64,000 bases of DNA, from positions 12,648,001 through 12,712,000 of the forward strand of contig NC_083426.1 in assembly GCF_020745735.1 (NCBI RefSeq), in the 5' to 3' direction. This DNA comes from Hemiscyllium ocellatum (taxonomy: Eukaryota). The position numbers were made by a program, and so were the translations under genes. The number at the start of each line of letters is the position of its first letter. Position 1 is the first letter of the stretch. Of this stretch, positions 33,945 through 48,400 are shown in pieces. Below the pieces are notes generated by a model. The model saw only the letters and a list, made by a program, of their open reading frames with translations, made no database searches and was not told where the DNA came from.

Positions 33945-35232
33945 CTATTTAAGAAAGGTGGTAAGGACAAGCCAGGGAATTATAGACTGGTGAGTCTGAT
34001 GTCAGTAGTGGGCAAGGTTTTGAAGGGAATCCTGGGGGACAGGATTTACACTTATTTGCAAAGCAAGGACTGATTAGGGATAGTCAACATTGCTTTGTGT
34101 GCAAAATCATGTCTCACAAACTTGATTGAGCAGTGGACATGATCTATATGGACTTCACTAAGGCATTCAACAAGGTTCCCCTTGGCAGACTGGATAGCAA
34201 GGTTAGATCTCATGGAATACAGGGAGAACTAGCCATTTGGATACAGAACTGGCTCGAGTGTAGAAGACAGAGAATGCTGGTGGAAGGTTATTTTTCAAAC
34301 TGGAGGACTGAAAAACATATAAATGATTTGGATATGAGCATAAGAGGTATAGTTAGTAAGTTTACAGATGACACCAAAATAAAGAAGGTTACCTCAGTTT
34401 ACAATGGGATCTTGATCAGATGAGCCAATGGGCTGAGGAGTGGTAGATGGAGTTTAATTTAGATTAATACGAGAGGTTTCATTTTGGGAAAGCAAATCTT
34501 AGTGGGACTTATACACTTAAGGATAAGGTCCCAGGGAGTGTTGCTGAACAAAGAGACCTTGGAGCGCAGGTTCATAGCTCCTTGAAAGTGGAGTCGCAGG
34601 TAGGATAGTGAAGAAGGTGTTTGGTATGCTATCCTTTATTGGTCAGAGTATTGAGTACAGGAGTTGGGAGGTCATGTTGCGGTTGTACAGGACATTATTT
34701 CAGACACTTCTGGAATATTGTGTGCAATTCTGGTCTCCTTCCTATAGGAAAGACAAGGTTAAACTTGAAAGTGATAGAAAAGATTTACAAGGATGTTACC
34801 AGGGTTGGAGGATTTGAGGTATAGGGAGAGGCTGAATAGGCTCAGGCTGTTTTCTCTGGAGTGTCGAAGGTTGACCTTTTAGATGGACACAGATAGGGTA
34901 AATAGATAACGTCTTTTCCCTGAGGTGGGGAGTCCAGAATGAGAGGGCATAGATTTATGTGCTAGGGGAAAGATGTAAAAGGGACCTAAGGGGCAACTTT
35001 TTCACACAAAGAGTGATTCATGTATGGAATGAGCTGTTAGAGGTCGTCTTAGAGACTAGTACAATTACAGCATTTAAAAGGCACTTGGAAGGCTATGTGG
35101 ATAGGAAGGGATGAGACAGAAATGGGCCAAGTCCTAGTAAATGGGACAAGATTAGGTTGGGATATTTGGTCAGCATGAACGAGATGGACCGAAGCATCTG
35201 TTTCTGTGCTGTACATCTCTCTGACTCTATCT
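33945..35232 (+). mobile_element. Degraded 5'-truncated CR1
   Basis: RT motifs with stops; tail ctctctgactctat. Confidence 0.88.
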
Positions 35233-35949
35233 ACCCCTCAGAAACTAGGCAGTACAAAATCCTCATGTTTTATTCACAGCAGCTAGCTGGTGAATGCTAC
35301 TCACTGACTGCTTGTCTCAAACATCACCCAGACTTCATCTGACTTCACCACCACATCCCTGCACACTCCCTGGAGACAATCCTCCTCCACTCAATATCCA
35401 CTCGAGTCATCATGGGCAAACCATCAGCCTTCCCCTCATCACCAGACCTGTTCTCGGTCCAGCTCTCACACCAGTTGGATGTGGAGCTCTGGGACACTTG
35501 TTTGTGGGCTGCCAGTCTCTGAGCTTTCCATCCCAGTTAAACACAGAGCCCTGTCACTATAAGCTGCAGGCTGCCAGTCTCTGGGAGCTGCATTGTGTTT
35601 TACTAGAGTTCAAATCTGACAGTCTGTTGCATTGGGAGGCACTGAGCAGTCAAGGGGTGATCATACCTCTGTGTGGCACCATCCCATGTCAATGTCATTC
35701 TGACAAGGCTGTTACGTGTAGAATAGAATAAAGCCTTTGTCGCTGGCCTAATAATTTGATCTTTTCCCCAGTTTTTGATATGTACTGCACGCATGCGTGC
35801 ATTAGTAAATTTTAAACAAACATACCTGAGTCTGGTCTGGTCTAAAGAGGAAATATAATATCAAATCTCCCTCTGGGATGCTCTACAGAACATAGGAAGT
35901 GCCAGAAAGCTACAGGAGATGGTGTTTTCCAATGTCACGGTCACTTTGG

Positions 35950-36560
35950 CCTGATGTGGAGGTGCCAGTGTGAGACTGAGCTGGACAAAGTCAGAAGTCA
36001 CATGACATCAGATTATAGTGCATCAGATTTAATTGAAATCACAAGCTTTCAGAGAGCAGCTGCTTTGTTAGATGAAGTGAGAGAGAAGCACACAGACACA
36101 GAGTTAATAGGCAGAGAGATCAAGGGCAGAGAGATCAAAAAATCACACAAATGTGTGAGTGGCGTCTCAGATAATAGAACTCTGCGAGTGATCAGGAGTG
36201 CCAGATAGTGTGAGTAAAGTGTCAACAGCTGAATAACCAGCGAAGGGATGACCAATCATCTGATTAAGTGAGACAGAGAGAGAATTACAAGAAACTTAAA
36301 AATAAGGTGGTGCTGAAGACAAACTAAATGACTGGAATATCCTGATGGGTATAACAGTCAAATCACATGAGTATCTAAGTGTACCTGGTGGGTGGTGTTC
36401 CCACGTCTGACGGTAGTATCCATGTCGATGATCTGGCACATCTTGCATTGGTTGCCATGGCAGGGTTGTGTAGTGTTGTGGTCGATACTGTCCTGAATGC
36501 TGGGTAGTTTGTTGTGAACAGTGGTCTGCCATTACTCCAGTCATTTAGTTTGTCTCCAGT
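35950..36560 (-). mobile_element. Old PLE family 2 remnant
   Basis: QPCHGNQCKMCQIIDMDTTVRRGNTTHQV-like Cys region and an eroded hammerhead (ctctgaaagcttg). Confidence 0.7.
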
Positions 36561-37389
36561 ACCACCTCACTTTTAATATTTTTGTAATTATGTCTCTACC
36601 TCACGTATGGATCATCCTTTTGCTGGTTATCCAACTGTAGACATTTTACCCACACTATCTGACTCATCAATGTCCCTGAGGGAAGGAAATCTGCTGCCCT
36701 TTCCAGGTCTGCTCTACATAGGGTTCCCAGCAATGTGGTTTGTTCTTAACTGCCCCCTTCAAATGGTCTCAAAAGCAACTCAGTCAGGGATAATTAGGAA
36801 TGGGCAACAATAGCTGGCCATTAAAGAACAACAGATAAAGAATTAACAGTTTAATTGTTACAGAAATGATTCCCTTAAGACACATCCCAGCCATGTTGTC
36901 AGTGTACTCTTTGGAGATTGGAAGCCTCATCTATCTGCCTCATGAATCTTTCCAGTTCAGGAGATGGAAAATTACTGGCAGGATCTCTCATTGTAGATGA
37001 GGTTTCACATTATTTCTGAAAGTTCAAAAAACCAACCCCAAGAGGGTGGATGTGATCACTGCCAATATCAGCAAGTGACAGCTCCATGTGAAACCCGTGG
37101 TTTTAAACAAGTGGGATATCTGGGTGGAGTTACAAACCCCAATGTAACACACCAACTCTGAGATTCAGGAAAGGAAGTAAACAAGATTGTCTTTGTGTGG
37201 AATTACAAGAGATGAGAGAGATACCAAACAAATAGTTTGTGAGAATTTTTATTGTGGAGAAAGACAGAGGGACCGGGGAAAGTGAAGAAATAAATATTCA
37301 TGTCATGATAAACTATCCACCTTCCAGACAAGAAGCTGATAGTGGTCTTAAAAAACACAATGGGGAAATAAATCACTGGGACCTGATCA

Positions 37390-37960
37390 AGTTGTATCCC
37401 AGGACATTGTGGGAAGTTAGGGAGGGAATTTGGGGAGCCCCCAGCAGAGATATTTGTATCATCCACAGCCACAGGTGAGGTGCCGGAGGACTGGAGGGTG
37501 ATTAATGTTGTGCCTTTATATAACAAAGGCTGGTAGGAGAAGCCTGGGAACTATCGAGCTGTGATTCCGATATCTGTGCTGGGGAGGTTGTTGCAGGGGA
37601 TTCTGAGAGACAGGCTTTTCATATGTTTGGAGAGGCAAGACCTTATTTGGGATAGAGTGTGGGAAATGGTGCTGACTAAACCTGATTGAGATATTTAGTG
37701 AAGTAACCAAGACAATTGATGACAGCACAGCAGTACACATTGTCTACACAGACATTAGTGACAGAGTTATGCTGGGCAGACTAATCAGTATAGTTAGATT
37801 ACATGGAGTTCAGGGTGAGCTTGCCAATCAGAAATTGGTTTGCTGGCAGGAGACAGGGGGTGGTGGTGAAGGATATTTTTGAGTGGGAGGTGTGTGACTA
37901 GCTGCGTTTTGCAGGTACCAGTGTAATATATTAACAATTTGGATAGGCTGTACTGAGAGT
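37390..37960 (+). mobile_element. Degraded CR1 RT fragment
   Basis: YPRTLWE.REGI...VPEDWRV.NVVPL...KPGNY. Confidence 0.75.
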
Positions 37961-39280
37961 TTTCAGACCCAGCCCTGTGATCACAATCTCTGGGAAGGAA
38001 ACCTCCTGGGACAGGCTCATGTCCATGTTGTGGGTGGATCACTGCACCATTCCAGAGCAAATGGGACATCCATCCGAATGAGGGAGGGGCTTTGTGGCAG
38101 CTCCAGATCCTGCAATTGTTTGTCTCAGAAGAACGGTCTTTTAAAAACTTCTGAATGAGCGTCTACCAGGATATGGCTTTGACACTGAGCAAGTCACTTT
38201 ACAGGATCTCTGACAATTTGATCAGATATTCTTCACTTTGTTAATAACTGCTGTCTTCACTGTTTCATCACAGAATCTAATTTTTCAATCTGATCCTATT
38301 TTTCCAACTGATTCTACAGTGTCCATGTCATTCAGGGGCTGGGGGATCTCTGCTCTCTGTTTCTGACACTCAGACACTGGTGACCTGACAGCAGAGGGGT
38401 TTCATCCCCATTGGGGTATTAACCCCTAAATGTTTCCAAGTGTTCTTTAGGAGTTTACCCAACGTATTGTTTCTGTTTCCCAGACAGAGCATTGTGATGG
38501 TCCTCGTTGGTTCAGTCTCTGGGTAATGACTCCAGTGACTCTCCTCCCATATTAAGGGTTAAGGTGGGGGCACTGCCTTCAGCATTGTGGCTGGGGGTGA
38601 GCACGGTTGGTGAAGGGTGTCAGATTCTTTATAATTCTCAAAGGTGAAACCCAGCATGGTTCACCAGACTCACTCATCATCAACCACGTCCTGGTGAATA
38701 CAAAGCCCCATGTCATTCGGTACACCAGAGGGATCCTCACCTTGGAACTGAAGCTCACTCCCAGTTACTCAATCACAGTTCACTTCCCCCTGAATTCTCC
38801 CTCTGTTGTTGAGTTCCTTTTTCTGCCTGAAATCAGCTCCCTGTCATGTTTACTTGGATCTTGTGGAACTGGAACAGTGGGTGCCCTTGTCCTCTGCATC
38901 TAGGATTCCAGATTTTGACAGAATAATTATTCAGTGTGAACAGGAGACATGTTTTGCATAAAACACAAAATAGCCCTTCAAAAATCTATTTTTAACTCTA
39001 GGATTTATTTTCACTGAAGAAATCTTTGTCAAAAGCAGTTCATTGAAATTTTCTGACATGGGGGATTATTCTGGTTGTTATTAACCTGAGATTTCAGTAT
39101 AAATGCTGTGTTTGAGTCAACATTATCCTCAGCATCAGACTCGTTATCTGTCTTGATTGCAGAATTTTCTATTCTTTCAATGAAAATTAATTTAGTTCCT
39201 CTGTTAAACATAATCGATCAGAGAAAAATTTCCTCAGAGTTATAATTAATCATCTAACTCACACTGGTTACAGAAGCTGA

Positions 39281-39305
39281 CTTCCTATATTCTCTTCCTC
39301 ATTTC
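39281..39305 (+). promoter_or_regulatory. Candidate ETS/PU.1 boxes upstream of the copy B start codon
   Basis: CTTCCT and TCTTCCTCATTTC (rc GAAATGAGGAAGA) about 90-115 nt before the ATG. Conserved at 58464-58488 before copy C. Confidence 0.45.
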
Positions 39306-39394
39306 ACATCCTGCGGGCATTGCATAATACACTTACTTCAAAGTGAGAAACAAGAGTTGAGAGACTAAAATCAAAAATCTTTGAGAATAAAACG

Positions 39395-39431
39395 ATGTGG
39401 ACTTTGATTCTCCTCATTTGTTCCATTCCTG
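39395..39431 (+). CDS. Copy B leader exon
   Basis: MWTLILLICSIP, then G|gtgagt. Confidence 0.88.
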
Positions 39432-42400
39432 GTGAGTGACCATTCCAGTTGTATATTAGATAACCAATGTTTGTTGAAGTCCACTGTGTGGTTTAGGCAG
39501 TGGGAATGTTTAAATAGTTGAAGATGTATAAAGGACAAAGGAAGAGCTTGTGACACAATGGGTAACATTGTTATTGCTGGGAAAAATACCGAGAGTACGA
39601 TTCTCACTCCAGCACATTTTGCAAAGGAATGTATATTCTCACAAAGCGAAAGAGATTCATTATCAACTTGCAAATCCTTCCAACATACCCAGTGCAGGGA
39701 GCAGGACTGGGTGAGGTTCCAGGTCAGCCTTACACAATGCAGCGACTGGCTTCAGGTGATTAACAAGCTGTAGAAAACAGACACAGCATGGACTCTGTCT
39801 CTATATATAGAAGTTTGAATTTAAATGAACAAACATAAAAATACATAAAATACATCACAAAATGTTATATCTTCTCTTAAACACATGATAATCCCATGTG
39901 ACATAGTTCCCAAAGACTTTGGAGCAGCATTAGTAATTATGAATGAAATAAAAAGGACAACATAATGTTTCTTTTAAGTGAACACACCAGCAGAATCGTT
40001 TTAAATTATCCAAAATTTTGAATGCTCAATATACACTGAAAACTGGAGGGTAATATGCCCTCAAACAAAACATCTTGAGTTTGCTTTTGTTTTATTTTTG
40101 AATTGCAGTTCATTAAATATTATTTAGTGAGGCTCTGTCACAAAAGCAGATGGTTGGTTTATATTTCCCTTCCCATAAAAAGCTTTATTTCTTTCAGTCA
40201 TTAACTTGAATCAAGTTGCTTACTCTCGTTCAATCCCATTGATTACAATATAACACAGCAATACAATTGCAGCCCATCATTGCCATTGCTTCATTTATGA
40301 TCAAGACATTTTCAAACACTTATGTTTAAAATTCCCAATGTTGCAGTACCCTCGGCCACAACTCTGTGAATTCTGTTCCATGAAAACTTTTTGAAACATT
40401 TTGCAGCTGTTGCTCACCAATTTCATACAGAAAACGTCACAGATAGAAATCTGAAGCGTTCATCTCTCTGTTTTCGCAATTCTCTTTCTTTCAAGGCTTC
40501 CTTTATTAAATAAGGTCTGTTTCCTGCCCTTCACCACCTTGAATCATGCAATTGTCTTTGTCCTTTCTTCTCTCCATTCCAGCTCTTCACTTACGCTTAA
40601 TGACATTTCTCTCAGTATTTATTGAAGTAATGTCTACCCAGTCATCAACAGGCTGCACCTCTTCCACACTGTGACACAATCTGGCAGCAATTTATGATTT
40701 TTCTCAGGAGCAATCTCTCTGGAACAATGAATAAACTCCTTCTGTTAACTTACTCTCCTCACACTGACAACAATGTGTGATTACAAATAATTCAGCCTTT
40801 ACTGCACTCAAGATCTTGCACATTGATCTCTCTCTCACATCATGAACCATCTCTTGCTGAACTTCGATTCTCTTCCTCCCCCACTCGAGGTCGCTCATCA
40901 CTTTCCTGGGTCACTTTTGTATGTGCCCTGAAAATGCAGCCCCTGAGCCCACCATGAGTCCACACACACTCTCCTCTCCTCCCTGGATGAAACCCTCCTT
41001 CTCTGGTCGGAGCAAGGACCCTTCAGCACCTGTACCCTCCTTCACACTGATCCTCAGCCAACTCCAATCCAGGCCTGTCACTCAGGCTGCTCTCCAGGGG
41101 GACAACGTTTCGATGATGTCACACACAGTGGAGTTAGAGCCCACAGCGGGCAGCACAAGCCCAATTTCAAGATTGTCCCAAAGCTCGACCAGTCGGATAA
41201 GAAAATATCCCGATTGTTTCAATCATTCCCTGGGAATTTGGAACACGTCGAGGCTCTGATAAGGTTTATATTAATGATTACCTTCATTATGTACTGGATG
41301 GAATGTAGCTGATTAAAATGTATCTGATTGTTTTGTGCAGTTCTTTCCTGTTAAATTTCTGAAATATTGTCTCTTCAGTTTCAGGTGCTTTATGGGCAGA
41401 GAAACAAGTAATAGGAATTTTGGGAAGAGCGGTCACAATATCTTGTCATTACGATGCGCAGCAGTACCAGTCATACGTGAAATATTGGTGTCAAGGATGG
41501 AATCGTTTGTGTTCTATTAGAGCAAAAACAAATTGGCCAAATGGGAGAATAACGATCACTGACGACAAAACACAAGGAATGTTTCTTGTCACAATCACGA
41601 ATCTTCAATGGGAAGATGCAGGATGGTACAGCTGTGGGATCGAGACTTTTGCCTTTGATCCAATGTTTAATGTAAAGCTGCACATCTCTGATGGTAAATG
41701 TCTCAGTAATTTTTTAAAAATACTCTCTGCTGATATGCCCGAACAGTGTTTTATGCAGGAAGAAAAGTGGCAGTGTTGGAGGATATTTGATTTTTCTCAC
41801 AGAATAATTGTGTCTTTCCCACAGAAGCCGTTTCTGTTCCTGGGCTTCGATTTTTATCCCAACCAAATGTCTCATGTTCTGGGGGGTCAGTGACAGTCTC
41901 CTGTGAATCTGCCCAGGGATCCCTCCCCATTCACTACACATGGTCTGAGAAGAAGCCATCACAAGATTCAAAGATCTCTTACACCAATAAACTGGATCTA
42001 CATTGTCAATCCTTCACACAGCAACATCATCAATATTACTGCACAGCCTCAAATACTCAGGGAACAAAACCCAGTGAAATTGCTCATGTGTCAGTCCACA
42101 ATGTAAGAGAGAAGAACTGCAGTTATAGGATACAGATCAACAGCATCGGTAAGTGTGATGCAAACAATACTGTACTTTAAAAATGAGTAGGTAGATAAAA
42201 TCCTGCCCACAGCATGGAGAAACATTGCAACAACTCCATTGCTGCATTACAGCCATTTGCTTCCTTCAACCAAGTCCGTCACAAATGGGGGAGATACTAA
42301 ACAAATATTTTGAATATTTTACATGGAGATTAGGGAACACAGGGAATTAAATATTGATGTCATGAAAACAGTCCATATTACAGAAGAGGAAGTGCTGAAA

Positions 42401-45400
42401 GTTTTAAAATACATAACAATGCATAAATCTCCAGAACCCAATCAAGTGTCTCCCAGGACAGTGTGGGAAATTTGGGAAGAAGTTGAGGGGCCCATAGTTG
42501 AGCTATTTGCATCATCCACAGTCACAGGTGCGATTGTGGAGGGCTGGAATTTGGCGAATGTTATACCTTCATTTCAGAAAGGCGGAATGGAGAAGCATGG
42601 GCATTATGGATCTGTGGTGAACTTACTTCCTGAAAAAGGGCTCATGCCCGAAACATCGACTCTCCTGCTCCTTGGATGCTGTCTGACTGCTGCGTTTTTC
42701 CAGCAACACATTTTCAACTCTGATCGCCAGCTTCTGCAGTCCTCAGTTTCTCCTATTATGGATCTGTGGGTCTGACATCAGCGGTTAGTTAGAACATAGA
42801 ACATAGAAGGATACAGCGCAGTACAGGCCCTTCGGCCCTCGATGTTGCGCCGACCGAATCCTACCTAACCTATACTAGCCCAATAACTTCCAAATGCCTA
42901 TCCAATGCCCGCTTAAATGACCATAAAGAAGGAGAGTTCACCACTGATACGGGCAGGGCATTCCATGAACTCACAACCCGCTGTGTGAAGAATCTACCCC
43001 TAACATCTGTCCTATACCTACCAGCCCTTAATTTAAAGCTATGTCCCCTAGTAACACCTGACTCCATTAGCGGTAAAAGGTTCTTAGTATCTACCCTATC
43101 TAAACCCCTAATCATCTTATACACTTCTATCAGATCTCCCCTAAACCTTCTCTTCTCCAATGAGAACAGCCCCAAGTGCCTCAGCCTTTCCTCATAAGAT
43201 TTTCCTACCATTCCAGGCAACATCCTGGTAAACCTCCTCTGCACTCGTTCTAAAGCTTCCACATCCTTCCTATAGTATGGTGACCAAAACTGCACACAAT
43301 ACTCCAGATGAGGCCTCACCAGAGTCTTATACAACTGCAACATGACCTCAGGACTCCGGAACTCAATTCCTCTGCCAATAAAGCCCAGTACACCATATGC
43401 CTTCCTCACAGCACTATTTACCTGGGTGGCAACTTTCAGAGATCTGTGTACATGGACACCAAGATCCCTCTGCTCATCCACACTACCAAGTAGCCTACCA
43501 TTAGCCCAGTAATCCATCATCTTGTTATTCCTACCAAAGTGAACGACTTCGCACTTAGCTACATTGAATTCCATTTGCCACATTTCCGCCCAGCTCTGCA
43601 ACTTATCTATATCCCGCTGTAACCTACCACTTCCTTCCTCACTATCCACAACTCCACCGATTTTTGTGTCATCCGCAAACTTGCTTACCCAGCTTTCAAG
43701 TCCTTCCTCTAGATCATTTATAAAGATAACAAAAAGCAATGGTCCCAAAACAGATCCTTGTGGTACACCGCTAGTAACTGCGCTCCAAGATGAACATAAT
43801 CCATCAACTACTACCCTCTGTCTCCTTCCAGCCAGCCAATTCCTAATCCAAACCTCTAATGTATCCTCAATGCCATACCTCCGTAGTTTTAGCATTAGCC
43901 TACCATGGGGAACCTTATCGAACGCCTTACTAAACTCCATATACACAACATCTACTGCTTTACCCTCGTCCACTTCCTTAGTCACCTTCTCAAAGAACTC
44001 AATAAGGTTTGTGAGGCACGACCTGCCCTTCACAAAACCATGCTGGCTATCCCTGATCACGTTATTCCTACCCAGATGTTCATAAATCTTATCCCTTACC
44101 ATTCTCTCTAAGACTTTGCCCACCACTGAAGTCAGACTCACTGGCCTATAGTTACTAGGGCTATCCCTACTCCCTTTCTTGAACAATGGGACCACATTCG
44201 CTATCCTCCAGTCCTCTGGTACTATTCCCGTTGACAATGACGACATAAAAATCCAGGCCAATGGCTCTGCTATCTCCTCCCTACCTTCCCATAGGATCCT
44301 GGGGTAAATGCCATCAGGCCCAGGAGACTTATCTATATTCATCCTTTCCAATATTCCCAAAACCTCTTCCCTGCATATTTCCAGGGCATCCATTCTAATT
44401 ATTTGTGATTCCATATTCACATCAGCAACAGTGTCCTGTTCCTGAGTGAATACTGATGAAAAGTACTGATTTAATGTCTCTCCAATCTCCTCCGCCTCCA
44501 CACACAACTTCCCACTACTATCCTTGACTGGACCGATACCTACCCTAGTCATCCTTTTATTCTTGACATACCTATAGAAAGCCTTTGGGTTTTCCCTAAT
44601 CCTACCAGCTAAAGACTTTTCATGTCCCCTTCTCGCTTCTCTTAGCTCCCTCTTTAGCTCCTTCCTGGCTACCTTATAACTCTCAATCGCCCCTACTGAA
44701 CCTTCACGCCTCATCTTTACATATGCCGCCTTCTTCCCTTTCACAAAGGACTCCAATTCCTTACTAAACCACGACTGCCTCACAAGGCCCTTTACACCAT
44801 GCCTGACTGGTACATACCTATCGAGGACACGCAGTAGCTGCTCCTTGAACAATCCCCACATCTCATTAGTGTTCTTCTCTTGAAGCCTGTTTTTCCAATC
44901 CACACATCCTAAGTCATGCCTCACTGCATCATAATTTCCCTGCCCCCAGCTATAACTCTTGCCCTGCGGCGCACGATTATCCCTCTCCATCATTAAAGTA
45001 AAAGTCACCGAGTTGTGGTCACTGTCCCCGAAGTGCTCACCTACCTCCAAGTCTAACACCTGGCCTGGTTCATTACCTAGAACCAAATCCAATATAGCCT
45101 CCCCTCTTGTTGGCCTGTCGACATATTGTGTCAGGAAACCCTCCTGCACACATTGTACAAACACCGACCGAGTTGTTGAAGGCAATATTGAGAGATCAGA
45201 TTTATATGCATTTGCAGAGGCACAAACACATTAGGGATAGTTTGTGAAAAATTGTGCATCACAAACTTGGTTACATTTCTTCAGGATGTCAGCGATAAGA
45301 TTGATGAGGCAGAACAGTATTTGTTATCTCCATGAGGTTTCCACATTCTCAACTAATTTGCAAAGTTAGATCACGTGGGATTCAGGGTAAGCTTGCAAAC

Positions 45401-48400
45401 TGAGTACAAAATTAGCTTGATGGCAGGAGACAGAGGGTGATGGTGGAGGGTCATTTGTTGGGTTTGGAGGCCTGTGATCAGTGGTGTTCTGCAGGGATCG
45501 GTGTAATTTATATAAATGATTTGAATGAGAATTTAGAAGGCATGGTTCATAAGTTTATGTATGACACCAAAATTGGTGGTATTGTTGACAGTGACAAAGG
45601 TTATCTACAATTGCAAAGGGATCTTGACCAATTCGGTCAATGGGCTGAGGAGTGGCAGATGGAATTTAATTTGGATCAACGTGAGCTAAAGGTTTTTGGT
45701 AGAACAAACAAGGACAGGACTAATCCAATTAAAAGTAGGGCCCTGGGTAGTGCTGTTGAACAGAGAGACCCAGGGAATTTTTGAAATTTGCATCAGAAGT
45801 AGACAGGGTGGTTAAGAAGGCATTTAGCATGCTTACCATCATTGCTCAGAACATTAGGTGTAGGAGTTGGAACATCACATTACACTTGTATAGAATGATG
45901 GCAAGGCCACTTTTGGTTTAATGTGCACAGTTCGAGGCATCCTGCTTCAGGAAGGTTATTATTAAATTGAAGAGGTTTCAGAACAGATCTACTAAGATGT
46001 TGCTGTGACTGGAGGGTTTGAGTGATAAGGATAGGCTGAGTCTTTTTCCCCTGGAGGGGAGGAGGTTGGGAGGTGACTTTATCGAGGTTTATAAAATCAT
46101 GAGGGATCTAGATAAGGTGTTTAGCAAAGGTTTCTTTCACGAGGCTGGGAGAGTTCAAAGTGAGGGGTCATGTTTTCACAGTGAGAGGAGAAAGATGTGA
46201 AATGAACCTGAGGGGCAACATTCTCACACAGAGGGTGGCTCATATGTGGAATGAGCTGCCAGAGGACATGGGAGATAAAGGGGCAGTTGCAATGTTAAAA
46301 AAAATTTTAATCAGCACATGAATAAGAAAGATTTGGAGGGATATAGGCCAAATGCAGGCAAGTGGGACTGGTGTATTTTGAGAAACTTGTTTGGCACGGA
46401 CGTATTAACCTGAAGGGTCTATTTCTGTGCCATATGAGTCTACGACACTAAATGGGATAGTGAAGGGCAAAGTGGTGGAGGTTTTTGGTTCTTCAATTAC
46501 CGTCAGTTTTGTGACAAATGTTTATTTCCCAAAGAAGCCGACTCTGTTCCTGGACTTCAATTTTAATCCCAACCAATTATCTCACGGTCTTGGGGTTCAA
46601 AGACAGTCTCCTGTGAGTCTGCCCAGGGGTCCCTCCCCATTCATCACACATGGTCTGAGAAGACCCATTTCCCGATTCAATGATCTCTGACACCAATAAA
46701 CTGGATCTACATTGTCAATCCTTCACACAGCAACATCATCAATATTACTGCATAGCCTCAAATACTCAGGGAACAAAACCCAGTGAAATGGTTCATGTCT
46801 CAGTTCCCAGTGTAGCAGGGAGGGGCTGGAGTTCCATGATATAAATCAGCAGCATCGGTAAGTTTCCTACAAACACTGAGGCTGACATATTCATTCAATG
46901 TCTATTCAAACTGCTCATTGGTTAAGTTTCTTTCATACTTACAAATAACTGTACCTCATCACATCACGTCTCTTTGATGTTTAAACAATTTTGGACAAGG
47001 TGTTAATTTATTTTTGAAAATGGACAAAATTGTAATAAAGCTCCAGAAAATGCATAAATGCTTCAATCCAGCTTTGTGTTACATCTCACAGCTTGTGTGT
47101 GTTGTACCTTTAATAGATAAAGTTCATCACTGTATCGTAGCATGTGACCTGAGGGGATAATGGTGTCAGACTCCATCTTAGTCAGGGTCACATCAGGCAT
47201 GACATGCTGATGGACAGGTGTCACTGTATGTAACTGTATGTCACATGCTGATGGACAGGTGTCACTGTATGTAACTGAATACTTCAGTTGTAACCCGGAC
47301 CCTGAAGTGCCAGTGACTGTGAGGTATGTTTAGGCCAGACACTGTTATCCATACCTTTTGATTTGTCAGAACGACAACATCCACGCCTTGTTCTCATGTA
47401 ACAGGAGCTAACATAATGACTACATCATTGTGTCTAAATACAATAGTGGAGGCAAAAGTCCCAGTGGAAGCTCACCCAGCAATCACAGGATATTACTGGG
47501 CAGAGCAGGGGCTGCTGGATCCCCCAGGAATACATTGTCCAGCCGGAGCAGTGACCAGCTCAGTGGCTGGAACTTTCTTCTATGTTTGACAATGAGGAGA
47601 AAGGAGATCTTAGTAATATAGTCCTACCCAACTTCGGCTTTTGAAATGCTTTAATAAGAATGCTTTAATGCATCAATGTCCAGATGAGGAACAAAATACA
47701 AATTATGTACAAAATAGGTCACTACCACATCTTGGCAGACTTGGGGATTTATAACAAAATTAATTCAACAAAATCCATTATTCACAACAAGTCCTGAGGT
47801 CCTTTTTTTGAAGACTGCTCTCTTGGTCATGATTTGGAGATGCTGGTGTTGGACTGGGGTGTACAAAGCTAAAAATCACAAAACACCTAAAAATCACATA
47901 ACACCAGGTTATAATCCAACAGATTTAATTGGAAGCACTAGCTTTCAGAGCACTGCTCCTTCATCAGGTGGTTGTGGAGGACACAATTGTAAGACTCAGA
48001 ATTTATAGCAAAAGTTTACATTGTGATGTAACTGAAATTATACGTTGAAAAATACCTTGATTGTTTAAGTCTCTCATCTGTTAGAATGACCATGATAGTT
48101 TCACTTCTTTCATAAGTAAATCACAATTTATAAAAAACTTTACATTCTCAGGTAAACTGTAACAATTGGTGTCAGCCCAGATAAGATGTTAAGATATTGA
48201 AGGTGTTAGCCCCCTGTGTTCTGTTGGCTGTGCCATAATGTTTAGACTGATTCTAATCTAAAAAGTGAGTTAACAGAGTCTTACATGGATTCATGCAGTT
48301 TTTGAGCAATGTTCAATGTAACTCTGCAAGTATAAATTCACCCCACAAACGTATATATGTATGTGTGCATGTGGGTTTCTGTGTGTGTCTGGGGTGGGGG

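Noticed and set aside
42870-45185. 771-aa ORF as a host gene
   Set aside because: It is CR1 ORF2, 5'-truncated, with the LINE tail; it has no true start and its first codons come from flanking sequence.
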